DNA from: Spirochaetota bacterium
GTDB lineage: Bacteria > Spirochaetota > UBA4802 > JAFGDQ01
Assembly: GCA_016932015.1 (NCBI GenBank)
Contig: JAFGDQ010000066.1
Span: 23,617 to 87,616, forward strand
Length of the DNA: 64,000 bases
Reading direction: 5' to 3'
Below the pieces are notes generated by a model. The model searched no databases. It had not been told where the DNA came from and saw only the letters and a list, made by a program, of their open reading frames with translations. Each line of letters begins with the position of its first letter. The first letter of the stretch is position 1. Position numbers and translations under genes: made by a program. Below are positions 47,642 to 57,982 of this stretch, in pieces.

Positions 47642-49414
47642 ATGAAACATAAATCAAAAATAAATATTGAAAATCTGATTGAGCTTGCGTCGTTTGAAGT
47701 AAGTGAAGAGGAAAAGAAACAGTTGGAGAATGAACTGGATGAATTTCTCGCGTATGCTCATGTAATAGACAATGCTCCGTGCGGAGACATGACACCCTCA
47801 AGCCATGCGGTCGAAAAAGAAGCATATATGCGTGAGGATGAAATCAGCGCGTGGGACAAAGTTGAAAAGATAATGGGAAACAGCCCTGTAACGGAAGGGC
47901 AGAGCTATCTTGTTCCTCCCCAGAAAACAACAGCAGTTATGCTGGATGATGAAAACGAGGAAAGCGAAAAGCCGTATGACGGAGAACTGGAGCCTGTAAT
48001 AGGCCTTGAGGTTCATGCGAGGCTGAAAACAAAGAGCAAGCTGTTCTGCAGCTGCTCAACACAATTCGGCGATGAAGCTAACAGCAATGCGTGCCCTGTG
48101 TGTTCAGGCCAGCCCGGCGTTCTTCCTGTATTAAACCGGGAAGCAGTCAACATGGCTATCATTGCAGGGCTTGCTGTCGGATGCACTGTTAATAAGCACT
48201 CCGTATTCGCGCGAAAAAATTATTTTTATCCCGACCTTCCAAAAGGATACCAGATCTCGCAGTTTGAAGAACCTGTATGCTCCGGCGGCGGTGTTGACAT
48301 TGAAATAGACGGAAAAGTAAAAACAGTAAGGCTTAACAGAATTCACATGGAAGAGGACGCGGGTAAGATGGTTCATGTGGGAGCTCCCGGAATATGGGGC
48401 GCAAAAGCAAGTGCTGTCGACTTTAACAGATGCAGCGTTCCTCTTATTGAGATAGTAACGGAACCGGATCTTTCGTCTCCCGAAGAAGCAAGGGAATACG
48501 TTACCATGCTCAGGGCAGTGCTTGTTTCTCTTGGAATCTGTGATGGAAATATGGAAGAGGGCAGCCTTAAATGTGATGCGAACGTTTCCGTAAGGCCTGT
48601 CGGCTCAAAGAAACTCGGCGTTAAAGTGGAAATCAAGAACATGAACTCATTCAAGGCTATTGAAAGAGCTCTTGATTTCGAAATCGTCCGCCTGAAAAAG
48701 ATGAAGCAGAAAGGCATACGCATAAAACAGGAAACCAGGGGATGGGACGAAAGCGGACAGAAAACATACTCAATGAGGGGCAAAGAGGAGTCCCAGGATT
48801 ACAGGTATTTTCCTGATCCTGACCTTCTTCCTGTAGTGCTTACTGATGAATGGATAAACAGCCTTAAAGACCGCGTTACGGAATCTCCTTTGAATGGGAA
48901 GAAGAAGTGCATTGATAATTATTCTTTTTCTGAAAATGAAGCCCGCCTGTTTATGGTTAATCCTTCCTACAGCGAGTATTTTGAAAAGGTGCTGCAGTAT
49001 TATGATAATCCCAGGGCACTTGCCAACTGGTTTTTCAGCGAGATATTGTCCCAGACAGGCGGAGACATGGGAAGTATACATATTACACCTGACGATCTGG
49101 CAGAATTCCTCAAGAGAATAGATAAGGGAGAAATAAGCGGAAAGATTGGCAAGGATGTCCTGAAAAAAGCGTTCACTGAAAAGAAAGGCCTTGTTGAAAT
49201 AATTGAAAACGAGAACCTGAAGCAGGAGACTGATACAGGAGTTATTGAGAAGATAATAGATGAAATTATTGAAAAAAATCCTTCTCAGGTAGCTGAATAT
49301 AAAAGCGGTAAAACTAAACTTCTCGGATTCTTTGTGGGAGAGACAATGAAAGCTTCTCAGGGCAAGGCTAATCCGAAAATTGTTAATGAGATTTTAAGAG
49401 AGAAGCTTAAGTAA
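47642..49414 (+). CDS. gatC-gatB: fusion protein: GatC + GatB amidotransferase subunits
   Basis: N-terminal ~95 aa resemble GatC (NIENLIELASFEVSEEEKKQL...MREDE). An acidic linker follows. GatB starts at EPVIGLEVHARLKTKSKLFCSC...CPVCSGQPGVLPVLN and includes the C-terminal YqeY-like tail. 590 aa against ~480 for GatB alone. Confidence 0.85.
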   Translation: MKHKSKINIENLIELASFEVSEEEKKQLENELDEFLAYAHVIDNAPCGDMTPSSHAVEKEAYMREDEISAWDKVEKIMGNSPVTEGQSYLVPPQKTTAVMLDDENEESEKPYDGELEPVIGLEVHARLKTKSKLFCSCSTQFGDEANSNACPVCSGQPGVLPVLNREAVNMAIIAGLAVGCTVNKHSVFARKNYFYPDLPKGYQISQFEEPVCSGGGVDIEIDGKVKTVRLNRIHMEEDAGKMVHVGAPGIWGAKASAVDFNRCSVPLIEIVTEPDLSSPEEAREYVTMLRAVLVSLGICDGNMEEGSLKCDANVSVRPVGSKKLGVKVEIKNMNSFKAIERALDFEIVRLKKMKQKGIRIKQETRGWDESGQKTYSMRGKEESQDYRYFPDPDLLPVVLTDEWINSLKDRVTESPLNGKKKCIDNYSFSENEARLFMVNPSYSEYFEKVLQYYDNPRALANWFFSEILSQTGGDMGSIHITPDDLAEFLKRIDKGEISGKIGKDVLKKAFTEKKGLVEIIENENLKQETDTGVIEKIIDEIIEKNPSQVAEYKSGKTKLLGFFVGETMKASQGKANPKIVNEILREKLK

Positions 49415-49443
49415 TAAAAAACTTTTTTTTTATTATACGATTG

Positions 49444-50046
49444 TTAGTATGTTTCAAATTTCAGTTTTGTGCTTTTCAGGTCCTCGACATAGTTGATATT
49501 CGTAAATACATCTCTGGGATCAGCAAATTTCCGGATTTCCTCTTCCGTGATTTCCCTGATATTGAATTTTTGAAACAGCTTTATTATCTGGTAATCATTG
49601 GCTTCTATACTGGCCTTTATCGTATCAATACATGTTTTCGAATAAATCGCGTGCATTGCTTCCCAGTATTTCTTTACAATCGGAACTGTTATCTCATATC
49701 CTTTTGATACGGAAATCATGTATTCAATTAGCTCTGTATTAAGATAAGGCAGATCACTCGCAAAGCAGAAGTTCAGATCAGTTTCCGAATAAACAAGCCC
49801 TGAATAAAGCCCTCCAATCGGCCCTTTTTCCGGTATAATATCCGGCATTACAGGAACATCAAGAAATCCGAATTTTTCTTTATCATCTGCAATAATTATT
49901 ATATGATTAAATATCGGTCTTATAATATTGAATACACGTTCTATCAGAGTAATATCGTTATATTTATATAGCAGCTTATCGCGTCCGAACCTGGTACTTT
50001 TGCCGCCGGCTATAACGAATGCTGTAATATTTTTTTTCTGAGTCAT
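49444..50046 (-). CDS. mobA: MobA-like nucleotidyltransferase (molybdenum cofactor guanylyltransferase family)
   Basis: ITAFVIAGGKSTRFGRDKLL N-terminal NTP-transferase motif. ~200 aa. Confidence 0.65.
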   Translation of the reverse strand: MTQKKNITAFVIAGGKSTRFGRDKLLYKYNDITLIERVFNIIRPIFNHIIIIADDKEKFGFLDVPVMPDIIPEKGPIGGLYSGLVYSETDLNFCFASDLPYLNTELIEYMISVSKGYEITVPIVKKYWEAMHAIYSKTCIDTIKASIEANDYQIIKLFQKFNIREITEEEIRKFADPRDVFTNINYVEDLKSTKLKFETY

Positions 50047-50261
50047 AGTAAAATATCAGGTATTAATTGTTGATAGTAAATGCCGCACAGTTAATACATT
50101 ATTAAGAATTGTGTTTGCTTTTGGCATTTACAGGATTGAATACAATATTTCTGAAGGTTTTGTGTCAACTTTTTTCGGTATTAATCGATGAGATAATTTT
50201 CCTGCCTGCATAAAGCAAAAGACTTTTTTGTTAATGCAGTTATGAAAAGGGCACAGTTTTT

Positions 50262-50699
50262 TTATATTCTGTTGAGATAATCTTTCAGGTTATTCTTTTT
50301 GATCTCAAATAAATATATGTCTCTGTCTTTATTTGATTTTTCTTTCCTGAGTTCGCCGTTCCGCTCTATCAGGTTCAGCAGAGCAGCGTTCATGTTTCTG
50401 TCAATTTTTCCCTTCCTTGACTGAACATGTTTCCGCAGGGAAATCAATGCGCGTTTTTTCGCGTATTTTTCAGATATGGCAGTATCATAACTGCTGTCTT
50501 TTGGCTTAACGATTATTATTCTGAAAAGGTTATCCGTAATGAATCCTTCATCCCTGAATTCAGGAGCCGGCTTGTCCTGTAGTTTGTCTTCTCTAACCTG
50601 CTCGTCTGAGCATGCCATAATCGTAAGAATAAAAATGAGAATAAGTAAACCGGTTTTCCTTGCTGCTGCCAGGCTAAAAGTTTTTTCCAATAACGTCAT
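50262..50699 (-). CDS. small lipoprotein, paralogue of the upstream gene
   Basis: Lipobox LTIMACSD. Shares the motif GF(L/I)(T/D)D...(I/V)I(I/V).K with the 50696-51220 product. Confidence 0.5.
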   Translation of the reverse strand: MTLLEKTFSLAAARKTGLLILIFILTIMACSDEQVREDKLQDKPAPEFRDEGFITDNLFRIIIVKPKDSSYDTAISEKYAKKRALISLRKHVQSRKGKIDRNMNAALLNLIERNGELRKEKSNKDRDIYLFEIKKNNLKDYLNRI

Positions 50700-51220
50700 T
50701 TGCCTGTCTCTTTGTTTTTTTCATCTTCCCTGACTTTAATATCCGGTTCAATGGATTCAATTTTTTTTACAAGATTATCCCTGAAAATCCGATATACGAT
50801 TATTGCCGAATTATCGGGATTATAATATTCGAAAGCTGTATAACCCGAATTGTAAAACGGCAGCATTTTGTTTTGAAGTTCCTGCTTAACTGACTGTATA
50901 TTCTGAATGACCTTTTCGTCTTTAATATTTAATTTAGCTATATGGTATTGATAATTATAATCAGTAAGACTTTTCAGTACTTTATCTTTAAGCCGGCTTT
51001 TCGCGTCGATTAATGCGCTTTCCCTTGATGCAACCAGGCCCTTTGCTTCATTAACTGGCTTCCCTTTTACAATTACCTGATAATGGTCAGTATCAAGAAA
51101 GCCTTCTGTCGTATAATCATTTAACAGCCTGCTTGTATTATAATATTTGACTGTGCAGCTGAGGGTTGAAAATATAATTACAAATACAGCTGCAGTCAGA
51201 ATACACAGCAATGATCTCAT
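50696..51220 (-). CDS. small lipoprotein, paralogue of the downstream gene
   Basis: Signal plus Cys (IFSTLSCT). 4-bp overlap with the next gene. Confidence 0.5.
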   Translation of the reverse strand: MRSLLCILTAAVFVIIFSTLSCTVKYYNTSRLLNDYTTEGFLDTDHYQVIVKGKPVNEAKGLVASRESALIDAKSRLKDKVLKSLTDYNYQYHIAKLNIKDEKVIQNIQSVKQELQNKMLPFYNSGYTAFEYYNPDNSAIIVYRIFRDNLVKKIESIEPDIKVREDEKNKETGK

Positions 51221-51345
51221 AATATTTCTTCCATAGTCTCTAATTATTGCATTTTACGAAATAATTAGCACAAATCCATGCGCAATGAAATTTTTTTTAA
51301 AAATGAATATATGTACTATTTCAATCGTAAAACGCTACAGTCAGA

Positions 51346-53766
51346 TTATTTTGATTTAAGCAGATTGATAATATCCTGTATTTTGTCCCTGTCCGGATGA
51401 TCAGGTTTCATTGACAGCAGTTTCTCATAATGATAAACTGCTTTGTCGTTATCCTTAAGATTTCTGTGATATATTATTCCAAGTTCTTCATGTGCTTCGT
51501 AGAGCCCTGAGTCTATTTTTAAAGCTCTTTCGAATGAATCCGCCGCCTTTCCGTACATCTTGCTGTCTCTGTAGGTAATCCCTAAAAAGAAATGCGCTTT
51601 TGAATTTACAGGGTTTATGTTTAATGCTGTATTGTATTCCTCGATAGCTTCATTGTACATTCCGGATTCTCTGTAGGCTTTTGCAAGATTAAAATGCGCG
51701 TCAAATGATTTTGGATTATTTTCAGTAGCATTTTTGTACTGTTCAATTGCCTTGTCATTAAGATTATTGTTCAGATAAATATTTCCGAGGTTTATATATG
51801 CTTTAGTATAATTCGGATTTGAAGCAATTGCTTTCTGATAATACGCAATGGCGTCATTCTGATTCCCGGAACCTTCATTTGCTTTACCTAATTCATACAG
51901 GGTCGGCGCATCGTCTTTTTTTATCTCCAGGGCTCTTTTAAAAAGAGCAATCGATTCAGTATATTTTTTCTGCTGCGACATCAGAAGTCCCATGTTGAAA
52001 TATGCCTGGGTGTATTCCGGGTCAAGTTCAACTGTTTTCTGATAGAACTGAATCGCATTATTATATGATTTCATTTCATGGTAAGTCTCTGCCACTTTGA
52101 AATTCGTATCAGGATTATTCGGCCTCAGCTTTTTGTCTTCAGTGAAGTTGTTCAGGGCTTCGTTAAAATTTTTACTTTTCAGATAAATATCCCCCAGGTT
52201 AAAATACGCTCTGTCGAGTTTCGGGTCCTGGCGTACCGATTTTTTCAGATCTTTTATAGCCTGCCTGCTGTCATTCAGCTTAAGATAGGCAAGCCCTCTT
52301 GAGTAGTACGCTTTGGGAAACATCGGCTCTTCCTTAATTGCCCTGTTAAATGATTTTACTGCAGCATCATATTTCCCTTCTATATAATAAAGCAGTCCCA
52401 GACGGTAATGTGAATCAGCCCGTTTCGGGTTTGCTATAATAGCGTTTTTATACGATTTTTGCGCCTCATCAAGAATGTCGCCATGGTCATAAATTCTTCC
52501 TCTCCAGTAATGTGAATGATCGTCATTGTTGTCAATTTCAACAGCTTTACCGTATGCATTTAACGCTGCATCATATTTCTTCTCATCTCTCAGCTTGTCT
52601 CCAAGTTCTCTCCATTTTGTCGCTTCAGCGTTTTTATTGTCAGGCTTTTTAATTTCCGGTTTCTTTACAGGTTCCGGAACATCTTTTGTCAGGTCATCCT
52701 TATCTGTTATTACCGGTTTTTTTACAGGAGCCGGCTTTGGAGTTTCCATGACCGGATCGTTTTTAGCGATTTCACGATGCTTCGATTCCTCCCTGACTGC
52801 AATTCTGTCAGAATCTTTTTTCCTGATATTTCTTAAAGCTTTCGCGTATTTGCCTCTGAGGTCCTTGTCTCTGCTGTTGTAGCCAAGGGCTTTCCTGTAA
52901 TAATCTGCTGCTTTTTCCCAGTCTCCTAATCTGGCGTAAATATCTCCAAGCCTTTCCCAGGCTGCCGCGTCTTTCGGGTCAACTTTTACCGCTTTCTCAA
53001 GAGACGCAATCGCATCGTCCATCCTGTTAAGCCTAATATTTGCATCCGCCTGTCCTCTGTAATATCTTGAGCGGTTGGGATTAAGGGAGATCGCCTTGTC
53101 AAAATTATTTTTTGCGTCACTGTATTCATTCAATGCCATGTGAACTCGGCCGAGATTATAGTATCCTTCCGGATCGTTCGGATTTGCTTTTATTCCCTGT
53201 TTTACAATCGCAATAGCACCTTTGCCGTCACCTGCGCGCAGTCTCTGCTTTGCTATGTTCCAGTAGCTTTCCTGGTCTTTGGGCGCGACTTTTCTGGCCA
53301 TATCATATTCGGCCAGTGCTTTTTTTAGCTTTTCCTGATCGTCAAAAACATTTCCTAGTCTGTTATATGCTTTGGGATATTTCGGGAAATATTTTTTCGC
53401 GAGCTCGAGCATCCTGATCGCATTGTCGTAATCCCCCTTCAGGGCATAAGCATGCCCCAGTTCATTAAGAGCTTCATAATTCTTCGGATCAATTTCCAGA
53501 GCTTTTTTGTAATATTCAATTGCAGTGTCAATATCCCCGATATCCTTATACAGGGATCCTATTTTTACAAGTATGCCTGTATTATTCGGATCTGTTTCAA
53601 GTATCTGCTTATACAGTTCTATCTGCTGCATACGTAGGTCTTTTATGTCACCTGAGGAATCATCATTGCGCAGCATGAAATATGCTCCGCCAATCAGCAG
53701 CGCGAGTATTAAAACCGCAGCTCCGCCTATTTTTACATTTCTGTACCTGTCGTAACTTGACATCAA
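51346..53766 (-). CDS. TPR-repeat protein, membrane-anchored, with Pro/Lys-rich linker
   Basis: N-terminal TM helix. More than 15 TPR units (A..YY.KALE..P....A..NLG). Low-complexity PKPAPVKKPVITDKDD segment. Confidence 0.8.
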   Translation of the reverse strand: MMSSYDRYRNVKIGGAAVLILALLIGGAYFMLRNDDSSGDIKDLRMQQIELYKQILETDPNNTGILVKIGSLYKDIGDIDTAIEYYKKALEIDPKNYEALNELGHAYALKGDYDNAIRMLELAKKYFPKYPKAYNRLGNVFDDQEKLKKALAEYDMARKVAPKDQESYWNIAKQRLRAGDGKGAIAIVKQGIKANPNDPEGYYNLGRVHMALNEYSDAKNNFDKAISLNPNRSRYYRGQADANIRLNRMDDAIASLEKAVKVDPKDAAAWERLGDIYARLGDWEKAADYYRKALGYNSRDKDLRGKYAKALRNIRKKDSDRIAVREESKHREIAKNDPVMETPKPAPVKKPVITDKDDLTKDVPEPVKKPEIKKPDNKNAEATKWRELGDKLRDEKKYDAALNAYGKAVEIDNNDDHSHYWRGRIYDHGDILDEAQKSYKNAIIANPKRADSHYRLGLLYYIEGKYDAAVKSFNRAIKEEPMFPKAYYSRGLAYLKLNDSRQAIKDLKKSVRQDPKLDRAYFNLGDIYLKSKNFNEALNNFTEDKKLRPNNPDTNFKVAETYHEMKSYNNAIQFYQKTVELDPEYTQAYFNMGLLMSQQKKYTESIALFKRALEIKKDDAPTLYELGKANEGSGNQNDAIAYYQKAIASNPNYTKAYINLGNIYLNNNLNDKAIEQYKNATENNPKSFDAHFNLAKAYRESGMYNEAIEEYNTALNINPVNSKAHFFLGITYRDSKMYGKAADSFERALKIDSGLYEAHEELGIIYHRNLKDNDKAVYHYEKLLSMKPDHPDRDKIQDIINLLKSK

Positions 53767-53852
53767 ATCCTCCGGATATTATTTAAATAGTTGTTATATT
53801 TTGGATTATAAAAATACAAGGTTGTCATAACTAAGGTTATAGCGTATGAATT

Positions 53853-54572
53853 TTACAGGTCGTCATCCCTGTAAATTCCTTCCATTTTTGATTTGGTCTT
53901 TTTATCCTCATGGCCTGCTTTTTTTTCTTTTGCTTTTCTGTCAGCGGCGCTCATGAGAGAGCCTCCAAGATGAAGTGCTTCTTCTATGGAAATGTCGCTC
54001 CCCGGAGGCGGCAGTACAAAGTTCGGGTCTTTTAAAAGTTCGATCGCTCTTCTGATTTTTTCATACTGGGTATCTTCAGGGGCAATACTGAGAAATTTTT
54101 CCCAGTTTTGTATGGTTCCGTCTTTATCGCGTTTAAGCATCAAATAGGAAAGTCCTATATGATAATAGGCAAATGTGAGCCTGGGGTCTTGTTTGTATGA
54201 CTTTACAAAGTTTCCTATTGCAAGTTCCGGGTTTTTTTTATAATAGTAAATCTGTCCGATCCTGAAATAATTTTCTGCATTGTCCGGGTTTATATCCAGA
54301 GCTTTCCGGTAGAGATTCAACGCTCCGTCGAAACGTTTTTTAGAGAGAAAAATATCTCCAAGATATGAATAGGCAAGCGCGTTTTCAGGATTTTTCTTCA
54401 GCTCTTCCTGAAACAGAATTTCAGCCATTTCGAGTTTTTTCTGATAGAAATACTTTACAGCCTTGTCAAAGGTTTCTTCCTTCTTTTCCTTCTTGGAATA
54501 AGCATTGCCTGATGCTGCAAATATTAAACAAATAATAATTAAAAATATATTCAGTTTTTTAATAGAATTCAT
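53853..54572 (-). CDS. TPR-repeat lipoprotein
   Basis: Signal peptide, 4-5 TPR units, C-terminal Lys/Glu-rich tail. Confidence 0.72.
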   Translation of the reverse strand: MNSIKKLNIFLIIICLIFAASGNAYSKKEKKEETFDKAVKYFYQKKLEMAEILFQEELKKNPENALAYSYLGDIFLSKKRFDGALNLYRKALDINPDNAENYFRIGQIYYYKKNPELAIGNFVKSYKQDPRLTFAYYHIGLSYLMLKRDKDGTIQNWEKFLSIAPEDTQYEKIRRAIELLKDPNFVLPPPGSDISIEEALHLGGSLMSAADRKAKEKKAGHEDKKTKSKMEGIYRDDDL

Positions 54573-54843
54573 ATTTTATCCCTTATAATAATATCGTCAC
54601 TGGAGTATATCTAATTAATGATATAATTTTTACGGGCAAAGGCAAGTTTATTATTATAAAAGCGGCATGAAATTATCAAACCTGGATGACTTTATTGTAA
54701 TCTTGTACATATTTTAGCAGGATAAACAATTGAAACATTCTCGCAAAGACGCGAAAGCGCAAAGAACCAAAAAGTAAATAAAAGATAATTAAAAGCATCT
54801 CTAAACTTTGCGTCCTGGTGTCTTGGCGAGAAATTATTTCTTA

Positions 54844-55488
54844 CTATAGCGAAGCGAATCTTACACCCATATCATATGCTTTTTTCAGGTCTTTCGGAAA
54901 TATCTGTTCACGCCTTGTTATTCTTACAGATGGATCAAACAGTTCAAATACTACTTTGGAATAGTCCTCAAACTGAAGCGTTTCATAACTGCATAATGTT
55001 TCCGAAGACCCGAACAGCATTTTCGTCATCATTTCATTTGATTCTAAGTATTTGTCATATCCGACATCCTTCATTACTGCTTCAGGGGCATTCATGGTGT
55101 AAATAAGCCCGATATTTATTTTTTTTTTGAAAAGAGAACGCGGCGGGCCTGAATATACAAGATACGGAAACATGAATCTTTCCATAAATGATCTCATTTC
55201 GCCTGTCGTGTTCCCGAAATATATCGGGGAACCCAGAATAACGGCATCAGCTTCAGCAGCATTTTCAAGAACAGGCTTTAGATCGTCATTTACTGAACAT
55301 TTACCGTAGCTTTTTCCGTCTTTTATTTTGCACGCAAAGCAGCTTGTGCACCCGGTATACTTAAGGTCATACAGGTGAATCATTTCCGTTTCAGCGCCTT
55401 TTGATGCTGCTCCTTCAAGCGTTTTTTCAAGCATCATGGCTGTATTCCATTTTTTCCGCGGACTGCCGTTTACTGCCAGAACTTTCAT
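54844..55488 (-). CDS. NADPH-dependent FMN reductase-like iron-sulfur flavoprotein
   Basis: MKVLAVNGSPRK flavodoxin-like start. Cys cluster CTSCFACK. Confidence 0.72.
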   Translation of the reverse strand: MKVLAVNGSPRKKWNTAMMLEKTLEGAASKGAETEMIHLYDLKYTGCTSCFACKIKDGKSYGKCSVNDDLKPVLENAAEADAVILGSPIYFGNTTGEMRSFMERFMFPYLVYSGPPRSLFKKKINIGLIYTMNAPEAVMKDVGYDKYLESNEMMTKMLFGSSETLCSYETLQFEDYSKVVFELFDPSVRITRREQIFPKDLKKAYDMGVRFASL

Positions 55489-55523
55489 ATTTTTCCTCCC
55501 GTTTAACTATGTTTGTTTATAAT

Positions 55524-56327
55524 CTATTGAAAATATTTTGCAGAGTATTTTTCTATGCCTGCCAGAATTTTATTTCTGAGTTCAACGATACGGTTGTTAT
55601 CAACTGTTAAATAATCATAGTTAAAATATTTGTCATTAAGATAAAGCGAACTGGATACGGAAAGCCTGAGCATCGGTATCTTTAATTTGCCGTATTGTTC
55701 CATAATATATCCTGAAAACGCGGGCTTGTTTAATGAAAATTTTTCAGAAACCGTAAATTCTTCATTATTAAAGTATTTTTTAAAAGAAGAAAGTAAAAAA
55801 TCGGCAAGTTCGTCAGAACATGTTTTTTGTTTCCCTGAACCGTTTTTATTTATGTTTTCAATATTGATAAGAGGCCTGGGCCTGCCTGAGTCAGAAGCAA
55901 AGCGCGGCCCTACAGGCATCATAGTGTGGCATTCAAGAATGAGCTTTATCTGTTCGTCACTAATAATTTTTTCTATCCTCTGATGAAAGGAGTGATAGTA
56001 TCTGTTTAGAATATTTTTGATTGCTATTTCGTCAGGGAAGATTGTGTCTTTGAATATTTTTCTGCCGCTGATGGACTGCTGTTTGATTACTCCGTCTTCA
56101 GGATAGGGGGAAGTCATGACAGGAGGTCGGTCGCAGTCTATAAAGAGTCTGGATATGAAGCTGTTTACAATAAAGACAGCAGTGTCAAAATTGAAAAGTT
56201 CATTTGCGTAAACGTCTGATTCAATGAATATACCGAATTCATCAATTTGTTCGTATCCGGACAGTTCATCCGGTATCTGCCTGCCGCCGTGAGGAATAAT
56301 AACAAGAATCGGAAGTTTATGTCTCAT
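55524..56327 (-). CDS. N-formylglutamate amidohydrolase family protein
   Basis: IIPHGG N-terminal motif, CHTM and downstream region compatible with the FGase family (PF05013-like). Tentative. Confidence 0.5.
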   Translation of the reverse strand: MRHKLPILVIIPHGGRQIPDELSGYEQIDEFGIFIESDVYANELFNFDTAVFIVNSFISRLFIDCDRPPVMTSPYPEDGVIKQQSISGRKIFKDTIFPDEIAIKNILNRYYHSFHQRIEKIISDEQIKLILECHTMMPVGPRFASDSGRPRPLINIENINKNGSGKQKTCSDELADFLLSSFKKYFNNEEFTVSEKFSLNKPAFSGYIMEQYGKLKIPMLRLSVSSSLYLNDKYFNYDYLTVDNNRIVELRNKILAGIEKYSAKYFQ

Positions 56328-56485
56328 TTCCCGGTATATTATTCAGCCTGATTATTCAGTTATTGCTGACTTTTACAATATATGTTAAGGAGGTGTATGT
56401 TTCCTGTTCCTTATAAGCGCGTTTTATTTACGGCTTTGCTATCAGTTCAGAAGCTGCTCTAATCCTGATCTGATAATAAAAAAAC

Positions 56486-57982
56486 CTACAGATACTTCGG
56501 TTTGGTATAAGCATACATATCATGCACTCCGCCTTCCATCTGCGCTGACATTGATCTTAATTCGAACTTCAGGTCTCCTGAATACAGCAGTTCATGCAGA
56601 CTGTATATATCCTTCGCACCTATATCCTGAAAAGAGTGCTTCAGGCCCTGGATTAAATAAAGAACATATTCTAACAGGGAGCCTTTATCCATTACTGATC
56701 CTGATACGCCCTGGGCAACCTTTATTGCAGCGTCTTCAGCGAAATATCTTTTCTCGCCGCCTTCCTTCATTGCTTCAAGCGATGCCATGCCTCTGTATTT
56801 CTTCAGCCTTATGCCGTTTTCATAAAAATATTCGCCCGGTGCTTCTTCCGTTCCGGCGAACATGGAGCCCATCATAACTGTTGACGCTCCGATTGAGAGC
56901 GCTTTGGTAATGTGGCCTATGTTTGCTATACCTCCATCGGCTATTACAGGGACATTATTTTTTCTGGAGAATCTGGCGCATTTGAAAATAGCGTTTGCCT
57001 GTGCTCTGCCTACTGCCATGGTTGTCTGAGTTGTGCATATGGAGCCCGGGCCCATGCCTATTCTGAGAGCATCTGCTCCGGCTTTTATCAGATTACTGCA
57101 CTGGTCTTCGGTAACTACATTGCCGCCTACAACATCTATTTCCGGATATTTGTTTTTAACGTATTTTATCATATCTATCTGGAATCTGGAATTGCCCTGT
57201 GCGGAATCAATAACAACAACGTTTACTCCGGCTTCTACAAGCGCATCGAGCCTTTCCTTTGATTCGTCCTTTGTTGAAATAGCGGCTCCTACCATGAGCT
57301 GTTTTCTGTCGTCCTTTGAGGCGAAAGGGAACTCCCTGTTGGTCACAAGGTCATTCCTGCTCATCAGTGCTACAAGATTGCCTTTTTCATCCACGATGGG
57401 CAGTTTGCCCTTTTTGGATTTTTTAAGAATGTCATTGGCTTCTTTGAGGGATATTCCTTTTTTCGCGGTAACAAGATCAGTGGTCATTACTTCGCGTAAT
57501 TTTTTCCCTCTGTTGTTTTCAAAATCAGTATCCCGGTTTGTTACTATACCTATCAGTTTTGAATTTAATTCTCCGCTTTCCGTTATTGGGATACCTGAAA
57601 ATCCGTATTTTTCTTTGATGGCATATATATCCGCTATTGTATGATCAGCTGATAAAACTACCGGATTATTTATAAAACCGTTTTCATATCTTTTTACTTT
57701 ACGGACTTCCTCATACTGTTCCTGAATTGTATTATTATAATGAATAAACCCTATTCCTCCGAGTAATGCGAGACCAATTGCCATTCTGCATTCGGTTACT
57801 GTGTCCATCGGGCTTGAAGTAAGCGGTTTTTTAATTTTCAGATTTCTTGTAAGGTTGGTTTCCAGGGATACGTCTTCAACATTGAAGTCAATGTATCCGG
57901 GAAGAATTATGAAATCATCGTATGCTATGCCTTTATTGGTATCGAACAGCCCGCTGGCGGAACTGCCGTCATTATTTGTCAT
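56486..57982 (-). CDS. guaB: IMP dehydrogenase
   Basis: Tandem CBS pair inserted in the TIM barrel. Catalytic loop [12 protein letters not shown]. 498 aa. Confidence 0.92.
   Translation of the reverse strand: MTNNDGSSASGLFDTNKGIAYDDFIILPGYIDFNVEDVSLETNLTRNLKIKKPLTSSPMDTVTECRMAIGLALLGGIGFIHYNNTIQEQYEEVRKVKRYENGFINNPVVLSADHTIADIYAIKEKYGFSGIPITESGELNSKLIGIVTNRDTDFENNRGKKLREVMTTDLVTAKKGISLKEANDILKKSKKGKLPIVDEKGNLVALMSRNDLVTNREFPFASKDDRKQLMVGAAISTKDESKERLDALVEAGVNVVVIDSAQGNSRFQIDMIKYVKNKYPEIDVVGGNVVTEDQCSNLIKAGADALRIGMGPGSICTTQTTMAVGRAQANAIFKCARFSRKNNVPVIADGGIANIGHITKALSIGASTVMMGSMFAGTEEAPGEYFYENGIRLKKYRGMASLEAMKEGGEKRYFAEDAAIKVAQGVSGSVMDKGSLLEYVLYLIQGLKHSFQDIGAKDIYSLHELLYSGDLKFELRSMSAQMEGGVHDMYAYTKPKYL

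Noticed and set aside
50047-50261. 9-bp inverted repeat GTAAATGCC...GGCATTTAC with ~33-nt loop upstream of mobA
   Set aside because: Long loop and no T-run. Could be chance in AT-rich DNA. Insufficient support to call a regulatory site.
57033-57644. 203-aa plus-strand ORF inside guaB
   Set aside because: Opposite strand of a highly conserved IMPDH gene. Ser/Leu-rich, as expected from antisense reading.
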